DNA from: Gemmatimonadota bacterium
GTDB taxonomy: Bacteria; Gemmatimonadota; Gemmatimonadetes; Palauibacterales; Palauibacteraceae
Direction: 5' to 3'
NCBI GenBank assembly: GCA_963666735.1
Contig: OY762926.1
Coordinates: 800,001 to 864,000, forward strand
DNA length: 64,000 bases
Positions 17,949 through 28,868 of this stretch are shown here, in pieces. The position numbers and the translations under genes were made by a program. A model generated the notes under the pieces. It ran no database searches, was not told where the DNA came from, and saw only the letters and a list, made by a program, of their open reading frames with translations. The stretch's first letter is position 1, and every line of letters starts with the position of its first letter.

Positions 17949-18488
17949 TCAGGGCTCGAAGCGGCCGAAGTCCTCGGGGTCCAGTCCCTTGAGGTAGTCG
18001 CTCAGCGGCTCGTCCGGGGCGCGGGACGGCCCGGCCTCGGGAGGCAGCGATTCTCCTTCCTCCACCCCGGTCTCGTCGATCTCGAACGCGCTCGCTTCAA
18101 GGAGGCTCTCCGCCGCATGGATCGGGATCCCGGCGCGGAGAGCCAGCGCGATGCTGTCGCTGGGACGGGCATCGATGGAGATGAATTCGTCCTCTCGCCG
18201 AAACACGAGTGACGCGTAGTAGGTGTTGTCGACGACCTTCGTGATCAGTACGCGGACGAGAGTGCTGTCCAATCCGCGCACCACGGCGTTGAAGAGGTCG
18301 TGTGTGAGGGGACGCGTGAACTGAATTCCCGCGAGTTCCATCGCGATCGCCGAGGCCTCGCCGGGTCCGATCCAGATCGGGAGGAAGCGATCGCCGTCCT
18401 TCTCCCTGAGAATCACGACGGGAGCGCCCGTCGTCTTGTCGAGCCCGAGGCTGGCCACGGCAACCTCCCGCATCCCGGACTCCGTCAT
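17949..18488 (-). CDS. Bifunctional nuclease family protein (DUF151)
   Basis: LPIWIGPGEASAIA, RPLTHDL, IDARPSDSIALALR. Confidence 0.92.
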   Translation of the reverse strand: MTESGMREVAVASLGLDKTTGAPVVILREKDGDRFLPIWIGPGEASAIAMELAGIQFTRPLTHDLFNAVVRGLDSTLVRVLITKVVDNTYYASLVFRREDEFISIDARPSDSIALALRAGIPIHAAESLLEASAFEIDETGVEEGESLPPEAGPSRAPDEPLSDYLKGLDPEDFGRFEP

Positions 18489-18521
18489 CCCGGCTCCTTC
18501 CGTAACCTTCCGGGGCGCCGC

Positions 18522-19664
18522 CTATCCGGCGAGGGCATCGATCCGATCGGTCCGCTCCCATGTGAAACCATCGCCGTCGGGCTCGCGGCCGAAGTGTCCG
18601 TAGGCGGCCGTCCGGCGGTAGATCGGTTTGCGGAGTCCGAGCCGCTCGATGATCGCCCGCGGCCGAAGATCGAAGACCTCCGTCACGCGACGGGCGAGTG
18701 CCTCGTCCGGCCGGCGACCGGTGCCGAAGGTGTCGACCCTCACGCTGACCGGCTCGTCGACCCCGATGGCGTAGGCGAGCTGGACCTCGGCCCGCCGCGC
18801 AAGTTCCGCCGCGACGAGGTTCTTGGCGATCCAGCGCGCCGCGTAGGCCGCGGAGCGGTCGACCTTCGACGGATCCTTCCCCGAAAACGCGCCGCCGCCG
18901 TGCCGGCCCACGCCGCCGTACGTATCCACGATGATCTTCCGCCCCGTGAGGCCCGCATCGCCCTGCGGTCCGCCGATCTCGAAACGGCCCGTGGGGTTGA
19001 TGTGGCACTGCGCCCGGTCTTCGTCGTAGAGCTCGCCCGGCAGCACGGGCCCGATGACCTTTTCCCTGATCGCCGCCTCGATCTCATCCGGTGCGACGTC
19101 CCCGTCGTGCTGGGCCGCAACGACCACCGTCGTGATCCGGGCCGGTTCCCCATCACGGTATTCGACCGACACCTGCGCCTTCCCGTCCGGCCGCAGCCAG
19201 GCGATCCCGCCGGACCGCCGCACGTCCGCCAGACGCTTCACCAGCGCGTGCGCCAGCATGATGGGGCGGGGCATCAGCTCCGGGGTCTCATCGGTCGCGT
19301 ATCCGAACATCATCCCCTGATCGCCGGCGCCGCCGACGTCCACGCCCTGGGCGATGTTCGCCGACTGCTCGTCGATCGCGGTGAGGACGCTGCACGTGTC
19401 CCACCGGATGCCGTGTTCCGCGCGCGTATAGCCGATGTCGCGCAGCACTTCCCGGGCGACGGACGCGATGTCGATCCTGGCGGCCGTCGTGATCTCGCCG
19501 GTCACGAGGACGAGGCCCGTCGTCACGAGTGTCTCGCAGGCGACACGGCCCCGGTCGTCTTCCGCGAGGATGCGGTCGAGCACGGCGTCCGAGATCTGGT
19601 CCGCGATCTTGTCGGGGTGTCCCTCGGTCACGGATTCCGAGGAAAACGGTTGTATCCCCTTCAC
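18522..19664 (-). CDS. metK: S-adenosylmethionine synthetase
   Basis: [40 protein letters not shown]. Confidence 0.97.
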   Translation of the reverse strand: MKGIQPFSSESVTEGHPDKIADQISDAVLDRILAEDDRGRVACETLVTTGLVLVTGEITTAARIDIASVAREVLRDIGYTRAEHGIRWDTCSVLTAIDEQSANIAQGVDVGGAGDQGMMFGYATDETPELMPRPIMLAHALVKRLADVRRSGGIAWLRPDGKAQVSVEYRDGEPARITTVVVAAQHDGDVAPDEIEAAIREKVIGPVLPGELYDEDRAQCHINPTGRFEIGGPQGDAGLTGRKIIVDTYGGVGRHGGGAFSGKDPSKVDRSAAYAARWIAKNLVAAELARRAEVQLAYAIGVDEPVSVRVDTFGTGRRPDEALARRVTEVFDLRPRAIIERLGLRKPIYRRTAAYGHFGREPDGDGFTWERTDRIDALAG

Positions 19665-19770
19665 GAGGCTGATTCTCCCGGCTGGAGGTTCGCGGCGGAG
19701 CGCCGCAGGAGGCGTAGCGGCCAAGATAGTGGCCGCCCGGCGGGGCGGAGGCAACGTCCCCGCCGCGGGA

Positions 19771-21510
19771 TCAGGAGACGTACAGCGGCGACGGCTCCAC
19801 CGGCATCGCGTCCTCCAGCCGCGCGACGAGTTCCAGCGGCATCCCGGACGGGGAGTCCGCGCGGTTCCAGAGTTCCGACAACTCCGCCACGGAGAGCAGC
19901 CCCACCAGCTCTCTCACCTCGGGGATCGACGCGGGCGCGAGACTGAAATCCCGATAGCCGAGGGCGAGCAGGAGGGCGAGCCCCACCGGTTCCGCGGCGA
20001 GATCGCCGCAAACGCCGATGTCGAGATCGAGGGCGCTGGCCGTGTTGAAGATCCGCTCGTAGCTGCGGAGCAGCGCCGGATGCATGGGGTTCGAGAGATG
20101 CTGAAGCCTGGCGTTGCCGCGGTCCACGGCCAGGGAGTATTGCGTCAGGTCGTTCGTGCCGAGGCTGATGAAATCCAGGTGCCGTCCCACGAGATCGAGC
20201 GTGTCCGCAAGCGCGGGCGTCTCCACCATCACGCCGAAGGAGACGGGTTCGGTCTGACCCAACTCGCGACCGACCTCGGCCACGATCTCCTTCGTGCGCA
20301 CGATCTCGGTCTCACAGATGACGAACGGAACCAGGATCCGCATGCGGGCCTGCGGTCCGCCGGCCCGGATCGCGGCGCGCAACTGGTTGCGGAAGAGTTG
20401 CGGCCGGTCGAGGCAGACGCGGATGGCGCGCCAACCCAGATAGGGGTTTTCCTCCGGAGGAAGGTCGAGGAAGAGCGGGAACTTGTCGCCGCCGATATCG
20501 AACGTGCGGAGCGTCACCGGCTGGTTCGGGAACCCGTCCACGACCTCGCGATAGGCTTCGAACTGCTCCTCCTCGCTCGGGATCACCCTCCGTCCGATGA
20601 CGAGGAATTCGGATCTGAAGAGTCCGACCCCCTCGGCCCCCACGCGGCGGGCCGCCGGCACATCGTGCGGTTGATCGATGTTGGCGCGAAGGTGGACGCG
20701 GACCCCGTCGGCGGTCCGCAAGGGAGCGGGTGCGCGCGCGGGATCGGCCGCGGGACGCCGGGCAAGGCGGCGGACCATCCGCAGGTGTGCCGCCCTCTCG
20801 GCGTCCGTGGGCTCGATCAGGATCCGGCCGTTGCCTCCGTCGAGCAGAACCGTCGTTCCGTCTTCGATCTTCGCGAGGTCGCTGCCGAGTCCGACGACGG
20901 CCGGGATACACAGCGAGCGGGCGACGAGCGTGCTGTGCGAGGTCCGGGACCCGGATCCGCTCGCCACGCCGAGGACGAGTTCCGGGTCGAGGCGCACCGC
21001 GAAGCTGGGCGTGAGGTCGTCGACGGCGATCAGCCCGGGCTCCTTCGGGAAGGCAAGCGGATCCTCGTCGCGGCCGGTAAGCCGCGCGAGCACGCGCGAC
21101 CGAATGTCGCGCAGGTCGGCCAGCCGATCGACGACCATGAAGTGCCCCGCATCGATGATCGCCGTCCGAAGCTCGGTCAGGCGCCAGTCGAAGGCTCGCT
21201 CCGCGGAGAGGAAGTTCTCGCGGATATAACGGATGGTGCCGGCGACGAGGTCCGGATCCGAAAGGATGAGAATCTGCGGGTCGAAGATGTTCGCTTCCAC
21301 CTCGCCCAGCGAGCGGGCGGCCTGTTCGCGCGTGTCCCGGACGCGGTCGGCGGCCCAGGCCCGTGCCTCCTCGAAACGCGCGACCTCGCGCTCCACGGCG
21401 TCGAACGGGATCGTCCGGTGCTCCGGCCGCCACTCGTGACGCTTGAGTCGCCGAGCCACGCCGAGAGCGCGCCCCGGGGCGGCCCCGATCCCATGGATGA
21501 CCTCGCTCAC
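19771..21510 (-). CDS. ptsI: PEP-protein phosphotransferase (PTS enzyme I)
   Basis: SRTSHS phospho-His, [38 protein letters not shown]. Confidence 0.95.
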   Translation of the reverse strand: MSEVIHGIGAAPGRALGVARRLKRHEWRPEHRTIPFDAVEREVARFEEARAWAADRVRDTREQAARSLGEVEANIFDPQILILSDPDLVAGTIRYIRENFLSAERAFDWRLTELRTAIIDAGHFMVVDRLADLRDIRSRVLARLTGRDEDPLAFPKEPGLIAVDDLTPSFAVRLDPELVLGVASGSGSRTSHSTLVARSLCIPAVVGLGSDLAKIEDGTTVLLDGGNGRILIEPTDAERAAHLRMVRRLARRPAADPARAPAPLRTADGVRVHLRANIDQPHDVPAARRVGAEGVGLFRSEFLVIGRRVIPSEEEQFEAYREVVDGFPNQPVTLRTFDIGGDKFPLFLDLPPEENPYLGWRAIRVCLDRPQLFRNQLRAAIRAGGPQARMRILVPFVICETEIVRTKEIVAEVGRELGQTEPVSFGVMVETPALADTLDLVGRHLDFISLGTNDLTQYSLAVDRGNARLQHLSNPMHPALLRSYERIFNTASALDLDIGVCGDLAAEPVGLALLLALGYRDFSLAPASIPEVRELVGLLSVAELSELWNRADSPSGMPLELVARLEDAMPVEPSPLYVS

Positions 21511-21809
21511 GCCAGCCCTCCCGCGTCCACGTCCGGAGCGAGTTCCTCGCTGAACCCCGACAGGACGAGTTCGGTGAGGGAATCCACGGCGTTCTCCGCG
21601 TCGGACCCCATGGCCCGGATGCGGATGGAGGCGCCGGCCTCCGCCGCGAGCATCATCACGCCCATGATGCTCTTCCCGTTCACTTCCATCTGATCCTTCT
21701 CCACCCACACTTCGGCCCGGAACCGGCTCGCCAGCTTAACGAACTCGGCGGCCGGCCGGGCATGCAGCCCCAGCCGGTTCCGAATACGTACCGCTGCTTC
21801 ATGTCGCAT
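21507..21809 (-). CDS. ptsH: Phosphocarrier protein HPr
   Basis: GLHARPAA (His15) and GKSIMGVMML (Ser46). Confidence 0.95.
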   Translation of the reverse strand: MRHEAAVRIRNRLGLHARPAAEFVKLASRFRAEVWVEKDQMEVNGKSIMGVMMLAAEAGASIRIRAMGSDAENAVDSLTELVLSGFSEELAPDVDAGGLA

Positions 21810-21894
21810 CGTCACGGGAACCCTCCGCTCCGGTCGAGCGAACGATCGGGGCCGGGCCGTGCGTCGCCGCAGGCTGCACCGCCTGTCGGGACGC

Positions 21895-22623
21895 TCACAG
21901 GAGCCGCACCGCGCATGCGGCAAGCAGGCTGGCCATGGCGACCGCCGAGATGTGTCGGGGAACAAGATAACCCATCAGCGCCACCATGACTGCACCGCCG
22001 TCCCTCCAGGGAAGGTGGCCGGTTCCCGGAAGCCGGCCGATGAGCAGCGTGGCGAGCACCCCGATGAGCACCTGGTTTGCCGCCACGAGCCCCCTCTCGA
22101 TTTTTCGCAGAGGCGCGCGCTTCAGCGCGGAGGCCACCGACCGGCCCGATCTCCAGCCACAGCGCAGTCCCCAGACGCGGAGGGCGAGGTGGCCGGCATT
22201 GTACAGGAGGAGAAAAGCGCCGGCGGCGAACAGGGGGTCGAGTCCAAGCACGAACGCGATGGCGGCGGCGGACGCGCAGAAGGGCCGCCATCCGGCCCAC
22301 GCGACGCCGTCGCCCAGCGCCCCCAGGGGCGCGCGGAGCGCGGAACGGAAGCGAGACAGGGTGTCGGCGTCGACCCCATCGAATTCGAGGCGAGCGAGGG
22401 CCCCGATCGCCACGGGAGCCAGGTACGGATGCGCGTTGAACGCTCGCGAGTGGCGCTGGACGGCCCGCTGGAGGACGGCGGGATCGTCCGCGTGAATGCG
22501 CGCCAGCAGCGGCGCGAGCGCATGCGCCATCCCGGGTCCCGTCATCGTTCGGTCGTTCCACGAGCCCTGGATGGAGAAACTGCGCAGGATGGCGCGCACG
22601 AAATCCCTCCCGCGCGGCCTCAT
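21895..22623 (-). CDS. PTS mannose-family IID component
   Basis: SFSIQGSWN, FNAHPY, PLGALGDGVAW; ATGA-coupled start. Confidence 0.87.
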   Translation of the reverse strand: MRPRGRDFVRAILRSFSIQGSWNDRTMTGPGMAHALAPLLARIHADDPAVLQRAVQRHSRAFNAHPYLAPVAIGALARLEFDGVDADTLSRFRSALRAPLGALGDGVAWAGWRPFCASAAAIAFVLGLDPLFAAGAFLLLYNAGHLALRVWGLRCGWRSGRSVASALKRAPLRKIERGLVAANQVLIGVLATLLIGRLPGTGHLPWRDGGAVMVALMGYLVPRHISAVAMASLLAACAVRLL

Positions 22624-23318
22624 GCGACGAACCGGGCGAGCAGGGTACCCAGAAGACAGCCCGCTGCAAGCGCGGGCCAGCCGCGGCCCCGCGCGCCGAG
22701 CCCGCGCGCCGCGACGCCCGCGGCTCCGGCGAGTCCGAACCCCGCGACAAGGGGCCACCACGCGGCGCCCGCCGCCCCGGAAGGCTGCGTCGACAGCAAA
22801 CGAACGAACAGCACGGACGGCACGAACAGCGCGGCGACGAGGAGTCCGGCGCGCAAGCCGTCCAGGGCGATCGCCAGCCTGTGGCGTCGCGCGAGGGCGG
22901 CCGCTCCCCCGCGGAAGCCCTCGGGCCGCGAAACAAGGCCCGGTGTCACGCGCCGGAGGAGCGTCACCGAGTACGCACCCGTCCACCCGATCGCCCAGCC
23001 GACCGCGACCGCGGCGACGATGCCGGCCGGTGCGCCGCCGCCGGCGACTGCGTACGCGGCCCCCGCCGTGAAGGAGGCGGGTCCGGTCTCGGGGTGCCGC
23101 GCGCCGCCGAAGGGGGGATGCCGGGACAGGACGAGTTCCAGCCAGACTCCGACCAGGCAACCCGCGGCGGGAGCCCCGAAGAGCATCCCACCCAGCGTGC
23201 CCGCCACGATGGGCCGGGACCACATGGCCTGAGGCCAGGACACTCCGTCGACCCCGATGACCGCACCGAACAGGCAGGCCAGCGCCCAGCCTCCGGCCGA
23301 AAGCTCCACCGCGGTCAT
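22620..23318 (-). CDS. PTS mannose-family IIC component (divergent)
   Basis: D..SWPQAMWSRPIVAGTLGG, LEL...PFGG; multiple TM segments. Confidence 0.8.
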   Translation of the reverse strand: MTAVELSAGGWALACLFGAVIGVDGVSWPQAMWSRPIVAGTLGGMLFGAPAAGCLVGVWLELVLSRHPPFGGARHPETGPASFTAGAAYAVAGGGAPAGIVAAVAVGWAIGWTGAYSVTLLRRVTPGLVSRPEGFRGGAAALARRHRLAIALDGLRAGLLVAALFVPSVLFVRLLSTQPSGAAGAAWWPLVAGFGLAGAAGVAARGLGARGRGWPALAAGCLLGTLLARFVA

Positions 23319-23794
23319 CGGAGCTTCCGCGCGTCGAGACGGATTTCGGGTGCGGTGGGCAGGTTCCGTGCGTTCACGGATGCATGTTCACCGATCCGCC
23401 GCAGGTCCTCGGCCTCCTCCGGAGAGAGATGGACATAGTCGAGGATCTTCCTTCGCCCCTCCCCGGCATACACGCCTCCGACGTTCACGACCCGCCCGTC
23501 GAGGCATCCCCGCTCGGCCAGCGCCCGCATCGTTCCCGTGTCCCGCGTCAGGAGCGCACCGCGCTCCGCCCGGCGGCTCAGTTCCCCGAAGCGCCGGGCC
23601 GCCTCGTCCACCCCCAGAAACTCCGCGCTTTCCTCGTCGGCGAGCGCGCTGGCCCAGAGTTCCTGCTCCCATTCGCTGGCAGCGAGCGCTTCATCGACAA
23701 CGACGTAGAAGTCGAGGGCGAGAGGACGCCCCCACCCCACGAGTACCTGGCCGTGGATCAGACGCTCATCGATCCGCAGGAGCTCGATCGGCAC
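23315..23794 (-). CDS. PTS mannose-family IIB component
   Basis: RIDERLIHGQV, VNVGG. Confidence 0.92.
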   Translation of the reverse strand: MPIELLRIDERLIHGQVLVGWGRPLALDFYVVVDEALAASEWEQELWASALADEESAEFLGVDEAARRFGELSRRAERGALLTRDTGTMRALAERGCLDGRVVNVGGVYAGEGRRKILDYVHLSPEEAEDLRRIGEHASVNARNLPTAPEIRLDARKLR

Positions 23795-23803
23795 GAGTCC
23801 GGC

Positions 23804-24205
23804 TCAGTCGGTCCCGGCCGGCGGGGACGGGTGGGCGCGCTGCCCGGCCTGTCCCTTCCGGAGAAGACGGGGGACGAGCATCTCGACCGGCATCTCTCGA
23901 TGAAAGACGAAGTCGAGCAGCATCGGGAGGTTGACGCCCGTGACCCACGCACAGCCTCGGCTCTCCCGCACATGCTGAAGGCCGGCCAGGCCGCAGCTGC
24001 CGCCTGCCAGGTCCACGAAAAGGATGGCCTGCGTGCCTTCCGCCGCCCTTCCGATGGTCTCGGCGAGTTCGTCGGGCCCCAGGCCTTCGTTGCTCACGGC
24101 ACGTAGAGCACCCCTGACGCCGCTGATGGTCTCGACGGCGGAGACGAGGGCATGTGCCAATTCCGCGTGGGCCACGACGACGCCGCGAACCCGGTTATTC
24201 GTCAT
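23804..24205 (-). CDS. PTS mannose-family IIA component
   Basis: VVVAH, LFVDLAGGSC, TGVNLPML. Confidence 0.9.
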   Translation of the reverse strand: MTNNRVRGVVVAHAELAHALVSAVETISGVRGALRAVSNEGLGPDELAETIGRAAEGTQAILFVDLAGGSCGLAGLQHVRESRGCAWVTGVNLPMLLDFVFHREMPVEMLVPRLLRKGQAGQRAHPSPPAGTD

Positions 24206-25151
24206 CGGACTCGAGGTAGTCGCGCACCGGCCGCATGCGCTCGATGAGGTCGCGCTCGAAGGCCGCCGCCGGATCTTCGCCGGAATAGCGCAGGAGATGG
24301 TTCATGGCCACGACTTCGGCGATGACGGTGATGTTCTTTCCCGGGTTAAGGGGGATGCGAACCTTCGGCAGCGTTACGCCAAGAATCTCGCACTCCTCCG
24401 CCTCGAGACCGGTGCGATCGTAGTCGTCGCGCTCTCCCCAGACCTCGAGTCCCACGACGACTTCGATCCGCTTCTGCTGGCGCACGGCCCGGATCCCGAA
24501 CATGGCGCGCACATCGATAATGCCCACGCCCCGGATCTCCATGTGGTGGCGCTGGTTTTCGTGCGCGCGCCCGAGCAGGATGTCGCTCTGGCGGCGGTGT
24601 ACGAGGATGAGATCGTCGGCGACGAGGCGGTGGCCTCGCTCCACGAGATCGAGCACGCACTCGCTCTTGCCGATGCCGGACGGCCCGGTGAAGAGGAGGC
24701 CGATCCCGTACACATCCGCAAGAGATCCGTGGAGAGACGTCCGCGGCGCGAACTCTTCCTCGAGATAGGGCTGCAGCCGCCGGTAGAAATCGCCCGTCTT
24801 CAGAGGCGTTTCGAGCACCGCCACGCCGGCCGCCTCCGCGGCGGACAGGAGTTCTTCCGGCGACGCCTGGTTCTTGGTGATGATCGCGCACGGAACGCCG
24901 GACTCGAACACGAACGTGAGGGCGGCGGCGCGTTCGGAGGCGCGAAGGTTCTCGAGATAGGCGACCTCCGTTTCGCCGAAAATGAGCACCCGCTGGGAGA
25001 CGAAACGCTCCCTGTAGCCGGCCAGCGCGAGTCCCGGCGAGGAGACCTCGGGCACTTCGATCGTGCGCTCCAGGCCGGACTCGCCGGCGACCACGGTGAG
25101 CGAAAACGCTTCCTGCTTGCGCCGGAGAAGCGACGCGACCGTGAGGGTCAC
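24195..25151 (-). CDS. hprK: HPr(Ser) kinase/phosphorylase
   Basis: GPSGIGKSE, GHRLVADD, MEIRGVGII. Confidence 0.96.
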   Translation of the reverse strand: MTLTVASLLRRKQEAFSLTVVAGESGLERTIEVPEVSSPGLALAGYRERFVSQRVLIFGETEVAYLENLRASERAAALTFVFESGVPCAIITKNQASPEELLSAAEAAGVAVLETPLKTGDFYRRLQPYLEEEFAPRTSLHGSLADVYGIGLLFTGPSGIGKSECVLDLVERGHRLVADDLILVHRRQSDILLGRAHENQRHHMEIRGVGIIDVRAMFGIRAVRQQKRIEVVVGLEVWGERDDYDRTGLEAEECEILGVTLPKVRIPLNPGKNITVIAEVVAMNHLLRYSGEDPAAAFERDLIERMRPVRDYLESDDE

Positions 25152-25495
25152 CCGGATTTTTCGTCCGCTTCGAACGGATTGCCGAACAGTTCGTCCATCG
25201 GCGGCGCGGAGTGTTCGCTGTACCGGTCGTGGTTACGGCGGAGCTGGTTACCCAGCTTGTCCGCGAGCCGGTCGAGGGCCGTGCGCGGGTCGGGACCCGT
25301 CGCCTCCCCGTGCACGGGACGGGCGCGGTCGACGCTGATCACGGCGGCCGCGCGCACCTGAGTCTTCTCTCCGGTGAATACGACCTCGGCCTTCGACGCG
25401 CGCGGCTCGAAGCGAGTCAGGTTCGTGAAGCGCGTCTCGATGATCTCGCGAATCTCGGAAACATCGGTGTTACGCGCGGTGACGATGGTTCTCAT
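25148..25495 (-). CDS. hpf: Ribosome hibernation factor HPF/RaiA
   Basis: IVTARN N-terminus, ALDRLADKLGNQLRR; canonical position before hprK. Confidence 0.8.
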   Translation of the reverse strand: MRTIVTARNTDVSEIREIIETRFTNLTRFEPRASKAEVVFTGEKTQVRAAAVISVDRARPVHGEATGPDPRTALDRLADKLGNQLRRNHDRYSEHSAPPMDELFGNPFEADEKSG

Positions 25496-25504
25496 CGGTC
25501 CTCA

Positions 25505-26626
25505 TCAGGGTTCGAGTGACTGGTAAAGGTGCGCTTCCGTCTCATCGGCCGCACGCGACCATGAGAATCGGGCGGCGTGGGCGATCCCGCCCCTTCCGAG
25601 GCGTCTTCGCACCGACGGCTCCCCGAGAACCTCGCGGATCGACGCGGCCCACGCCGCGGCGTCGCCGTGCGGAGCCAGAACTCCCGACTCCCCCGCCGCC
25701 ACCGACTCGCGCAACCCCGGGGAGTCGCTCGCGATCACCGGCGTGCCGCACGCGGCCGCCTCCACGTTCGTCATTCCCCAGCCCTCCTTCGGCGAGGGAT
25801 ATACCACAGCCCAGGCCCGGCGCAGCCAGGCGACCTTCTCCTTCTCGGAGATGTACCCCAGAAAGCGGACCCGGTGCGAGAGGCCCGCGCGGCGCACGAG
25901 TCTTCGAAGGCGAGGCTCGTCGCTACCGCGGCCCGCGATGACCAGCCTCGCGTCCGGCAGCCGGTCGTTCAACCGCGACAGCGCCTCGAACAGCACATCG
26001 AGCCCCTTGTATCGCTTGAGGCGGCCCACATAGAGGAGGGTCGGCGCCTCCGCACGCTCCGTCGCGGGATCGGGACGATAGGTGTCGTGGTCGATGCCGG
26101 GCGGAATGACCGCGATGTCGCGGGCGAGCAGGCCTCGCTTGGTGAGGTCGAGCGCGGTGCTCTCCGAGATCGCCTGGAAGGGACAGTCCCGATAGACGCC
26201 CGGGATCGCCCGTTCCGCAGCCCAGACCGCCGTCGCGAGAGGGATCGACGCCTCCGCGTAGGCCGTGGCCCCGAACAGGTGCGGAACGAGTGCGACGACG
26301 GGGACGCCGGCCCACCGGGGCGAATAGAGCGGGACCTTGTTGATGTCCTCCACGAGCACGTCCGGGGCGAAGTCGCGCACGGCGGCGCGCGCCGCGCTTC
26401 GGGCGCGCCATGCGTAACTGTAGCGGTTTCCGACGCGCTCGAATTCGATGCCATCGAGGATTGCGGACGGGGCCGCGCCCGGCCAGCCGCTCACGACGGC
26501 TCGCGCCGCGTGTCCGCGGGCCGCGAGCCGGCCGAAGATCTCGTGGAGATGCACCTCGGCGCCGCCGGCCTCGGGGTTTTCCCGGTCCTGCCAGTTGAGG
26601 AGGAGGATCCGGAGCGGTCGCGCCAC
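25505..26626 (-). CDS. Glycosyltransferase family 4
   Basis: NWQDRENPEAGGAE, YVGRLKRYKG, EGWGMTNVEAAACG. Confidence 0.92.
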   Translation of the reverse strand: MARPLRILLLNWQDRENPEAGGAEVHLHEIFGRLAARGHAARAVVSGWPGAAPSAILDGIEFERVGNRYSYAWRARSAARAAVRDFAPDVLVEDINKVPLYSPRWAGVPVVALVPHLFGATAYAEASIPLATAVWAAERAIPGVYRDCPFQAISESTALDLTKRGLLARDIAVIPPGIDHDTYRPDPATERAEAPTLLYVGRLKRYKGLDVLFEALSRLNDRLPDARLVIAGRGSDEPRLRRLVRRAGLSHRVRFLGYISEKEKVAWLRRAWAVVYPSPKEGWGMTNVEAAACGTPVIASDSPGLRESVAAGESGVLAPHGDAAAWAASIREVLGEPSVRRRLGRGGIAHAARFSWSRAADETEAHLYQSLEP

Positions 26627-26634
26627 GGGTTCGT

Positions 26635-27069
26635 TCAGGATCCGGCCTCTCGGGCCTTCAGTACCGCGTCAAGCACGCCGTTGACAAAACGCGGACTGCC
26701 GGGACTGCCATACCGGCGCGCCAGTTTCAGCCCTTCGTGAATCGCGACTTTCGGCGGCACGTCTTCGAACCACAGCAGTTCCGCGATCCCGATCCGCAGG
26801 ATGTTGCGGTCGATGGCGTGCAATCGCTCGATGCGCCAGTTCACGCTGTGATGCGCGATCGTCGCGTCGATATCGGCGAGATGACGGCCTGCGGTTTCGA
26901 TCAGGCGCCGGACATGGGGGCGGTAGCGTCCGGACATCCGGCGATGGACGAGGCTCTGCGCCGCGTGTTCGAGCGGCGTGCCCTCTCCGCCGACCTCCCA
27001 CGCATAGAGGAGGTGCAACGCCCAGCTCCGCGCCCGCGAATGAGCGTGTGTCCGGGCGATCGGGGTCAC
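26635..27069 (-). CDS. nusB: Transcription antitermination factor NusB
   Basis: NWRIERL, IDRNILR, VPPKVAIHE, FVNGVLD. Confidence 0.93.
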   Translation of the reverse strand: MTPIARTHAHSRARSWALHLLYAWEVGGEGTPLEHAAQSLVHRRMSGRYRPHVRRLIETAGRHLADIDATIAHHSVNWRIERLHAIDRNILRIGIAELLWFEDVPPKVAIHEGLKLARRYGSPGSPRFVNGVLDAVLKAREAGS

Positions 27070-27608
27070 GAGTCGAGCTGTTCGTGAAGGTCGGCCATGC
27101 GGAGCGCCGCGCGGGCAGCCTCCGATCCGGCGTTTCCGAGTTCGCCGCCGGCCCGGGCGAGCGCCTGGTCCCGCGTGTCGGGCGTGAGCACGCCGAGACC
27201 GACGGGCACGCCCGCGTCGAGCTGCACCTTCGCGAGGCCGTCGGTGGCCGTGCGGCTTACGTGATCGAAGTGCGCGGTCTCCCCGCGAATCACGCAGCCC
27301 AGCGCGATGATGGCCGCGTATCCGCGCGCGGCGGCTCGTTGCGCGGCGAGCGGAAGTTCCCAGGCGCCGGGAACATACACGATCTCGAGGTCCTCCTCGG
27401 CCACGCCGCATTCGAGGATCGTCCGCGCGGCGCCTTCCAGCAGACGCCCGGTGACCCCGGAATTGAACCGGCTGACGAGAATACAGACCCTCCGGCCACT
27501 CCCCGCGGCCGCACCCTCATACTTCGTCCCGCGCCCGCGCGCACCGCCCCCGCGACCATCCGGGCCACCCGGGCCATCGCCTCGAGGAGTATTCGATCTG
27601 CTTCTCAC
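27066..27608 (-). CDS. ribH: 6,7-dimethyl-8-ribityllumazine synthase
   Basis: SRFN, VPGAWELP, GCVIRGETAHF. Confidence 0.95.
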   Translation of the reverse strand: MRSRSNTPRGDGPGGPDGRGGGARGRGTKYEGAAAGSGRRVCILVSRFNSGVTGRLLEGAARTILECGVAEEDLEIVYVPGAWELPLAAQRAAARGYAAIIALGCVIRGETAHFDHVSRTATDGLAKVQLDAGVPVGLGVLTPDTRDQALARAGGELGNAGSEAARAALRMADLHEQLDS

Positions 27609-28852
27609 GCGGATCCGGTCAGGTGTCCCAGCTTCTCGCGCTTCGTACGGAGATAGCGGACCAGCCGATCATCGATCTCGCCGAGCTCGAGCGGCACGCG
27701 GTCGCGGATCACGAGGCCGAACCCCTCCAGTCCCGCAAGCTTCTTCGGGTTGTTCGTCATGACCCGTATCGAGTGCAAGCCGAGATCAGCGAGAATCTGG
27801 GCCCCGATGCCGTAGTTCCGCAGGTCGGGAGGAAATCCCAGCGCCTCGTTCGCTTCGACGGTGTCGTGCCCCTCGTCCTGCAGCTCATAGGCGCGGAGCT
27901 TGTTCAGGAGTCCGATCCCCCGCCCTTCCTGATCGAGGTAGACGATGACCCCGGCGTCGGCATCCACGACCATCCGCATCGCGGCCTCGAGTTGGGTACC
28001 GCAATCGCAGCGGTGGGAGTGGAACACATCGCCTGTCAGGCAGCGCGAGTGAACGCGGACGAGGACATCCTCCGCCCCCGCCACGTCGCCGCGCACCAGC
28101 GCGACGTGCTCGCGCCCATCCACCTCGTTCGCGTACCCCACGATGCGGAAATCGCCCCACGGCGTGGGGAGGTCCGCTTCGGCGACGCGCCGTACGAGAC
28201 TCTCCGTGCGCAACCGGTAGGAGACGAGGGCGGCTACCGTGATGAAGGGCAGGTCGTGCTCCGCCGCGAACTTCTCAAGCTCCGGGCGGCGGGCCATGGT
28301 TCCATCCTCGTTCAGGATCTCGCAGATCACGCCCGCGGGGGTGAGCCCGGCCAGGCGAGCGAGGTCGACCGAAGCCTCCGTCTGGCCCACGCGCTGCAGC
28401 ACGCCGCCGGGGCGGGAGCGGAGCGGAAAGATGTGGCCCGGGCGCGTGAGGTCCGTCGGCCGGGTCTGGGGGTCCACCGCGACGCGGATGGTCCGGGCGC
28501 GATCCTGAGCCGAGATCCCCGTCGACACGCCGAAGTCCTGGCGAGCATCGATCGACACGGTGAACGCCGTCTTGTTGGGATCCGCCAGCCGGTCGTCCGT
28601 CATGAGCGGGAGATCGAGGCGATCGGCCATCTCATCGGGCATCGTGAGGCATATGAGCCCGCGGGCGTGCCTGGCCATGAAGTTGATCGTCTCGGGCGTC
28701 GCGAGCGCGGCCGCACAGACGAGATCTCCCTCGTTCTCGCGATCCTCATCGTCCGCGATGATCACGAGTCCGCCGCCGCGGATCCGTTCGATCGCCGCTT
28801 CCACCGTGTCTGCGGGCATGTCCGCCAGCCGAAGTCTCTTTTCGGTTTCCAT
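27605..28852 (-). CDS. ribBA: Bifunctional DHBP synthase / GTP cyclohydrolase II
   Basis: DDEDRENEGD, TGISAQDR, RVHSRCLTGD, RCDCG, QEGRGIGL. Confidence 0.96.
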   Translation of the reverse strand: METEKRLRLADMPADTVEAAIERIRGGGLVIIADDEDRENEGDLVCAAALATPETINFMARHARGLICLTMPDEMADRLDLPLMTDDRLADPNKTAFTVSIDARQDFGVSTGISAQDRARTIRVAVDPQTRPTDLTRPGHIFPLRSRPGGVLQRVGQTEASVDLARLAGLTPAGVICEILNEDGTMARRPELEKFAAEHDLPFITVAALVSYRLRTESLVRRVAEADLPTPWGDFRIVGYANEVDGREHVALVRGDVAGAEDVLVRVHSRCLTGDVFHSHRCDCGTQLEAAMRMVVDADAGVIVYLDQEGRGIGLLNKLRAYELQDEGHDTVEANEALGFPPDLRNYGIGAQILADLGLHSIRVMTNNPKKLAGLEGFGLVIRDRVPLELGEIDDRLVRYLRTKREKLGHLTGSA

Positions 28853-28868
28853 TCGAACGGGAGCCGAC

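Noticed and set aside
19665..19770. SAM riboswitch upstream of metK
   Set aside because: No recognisable SAM-I/II core; only a TATCTT -10-like hexamer
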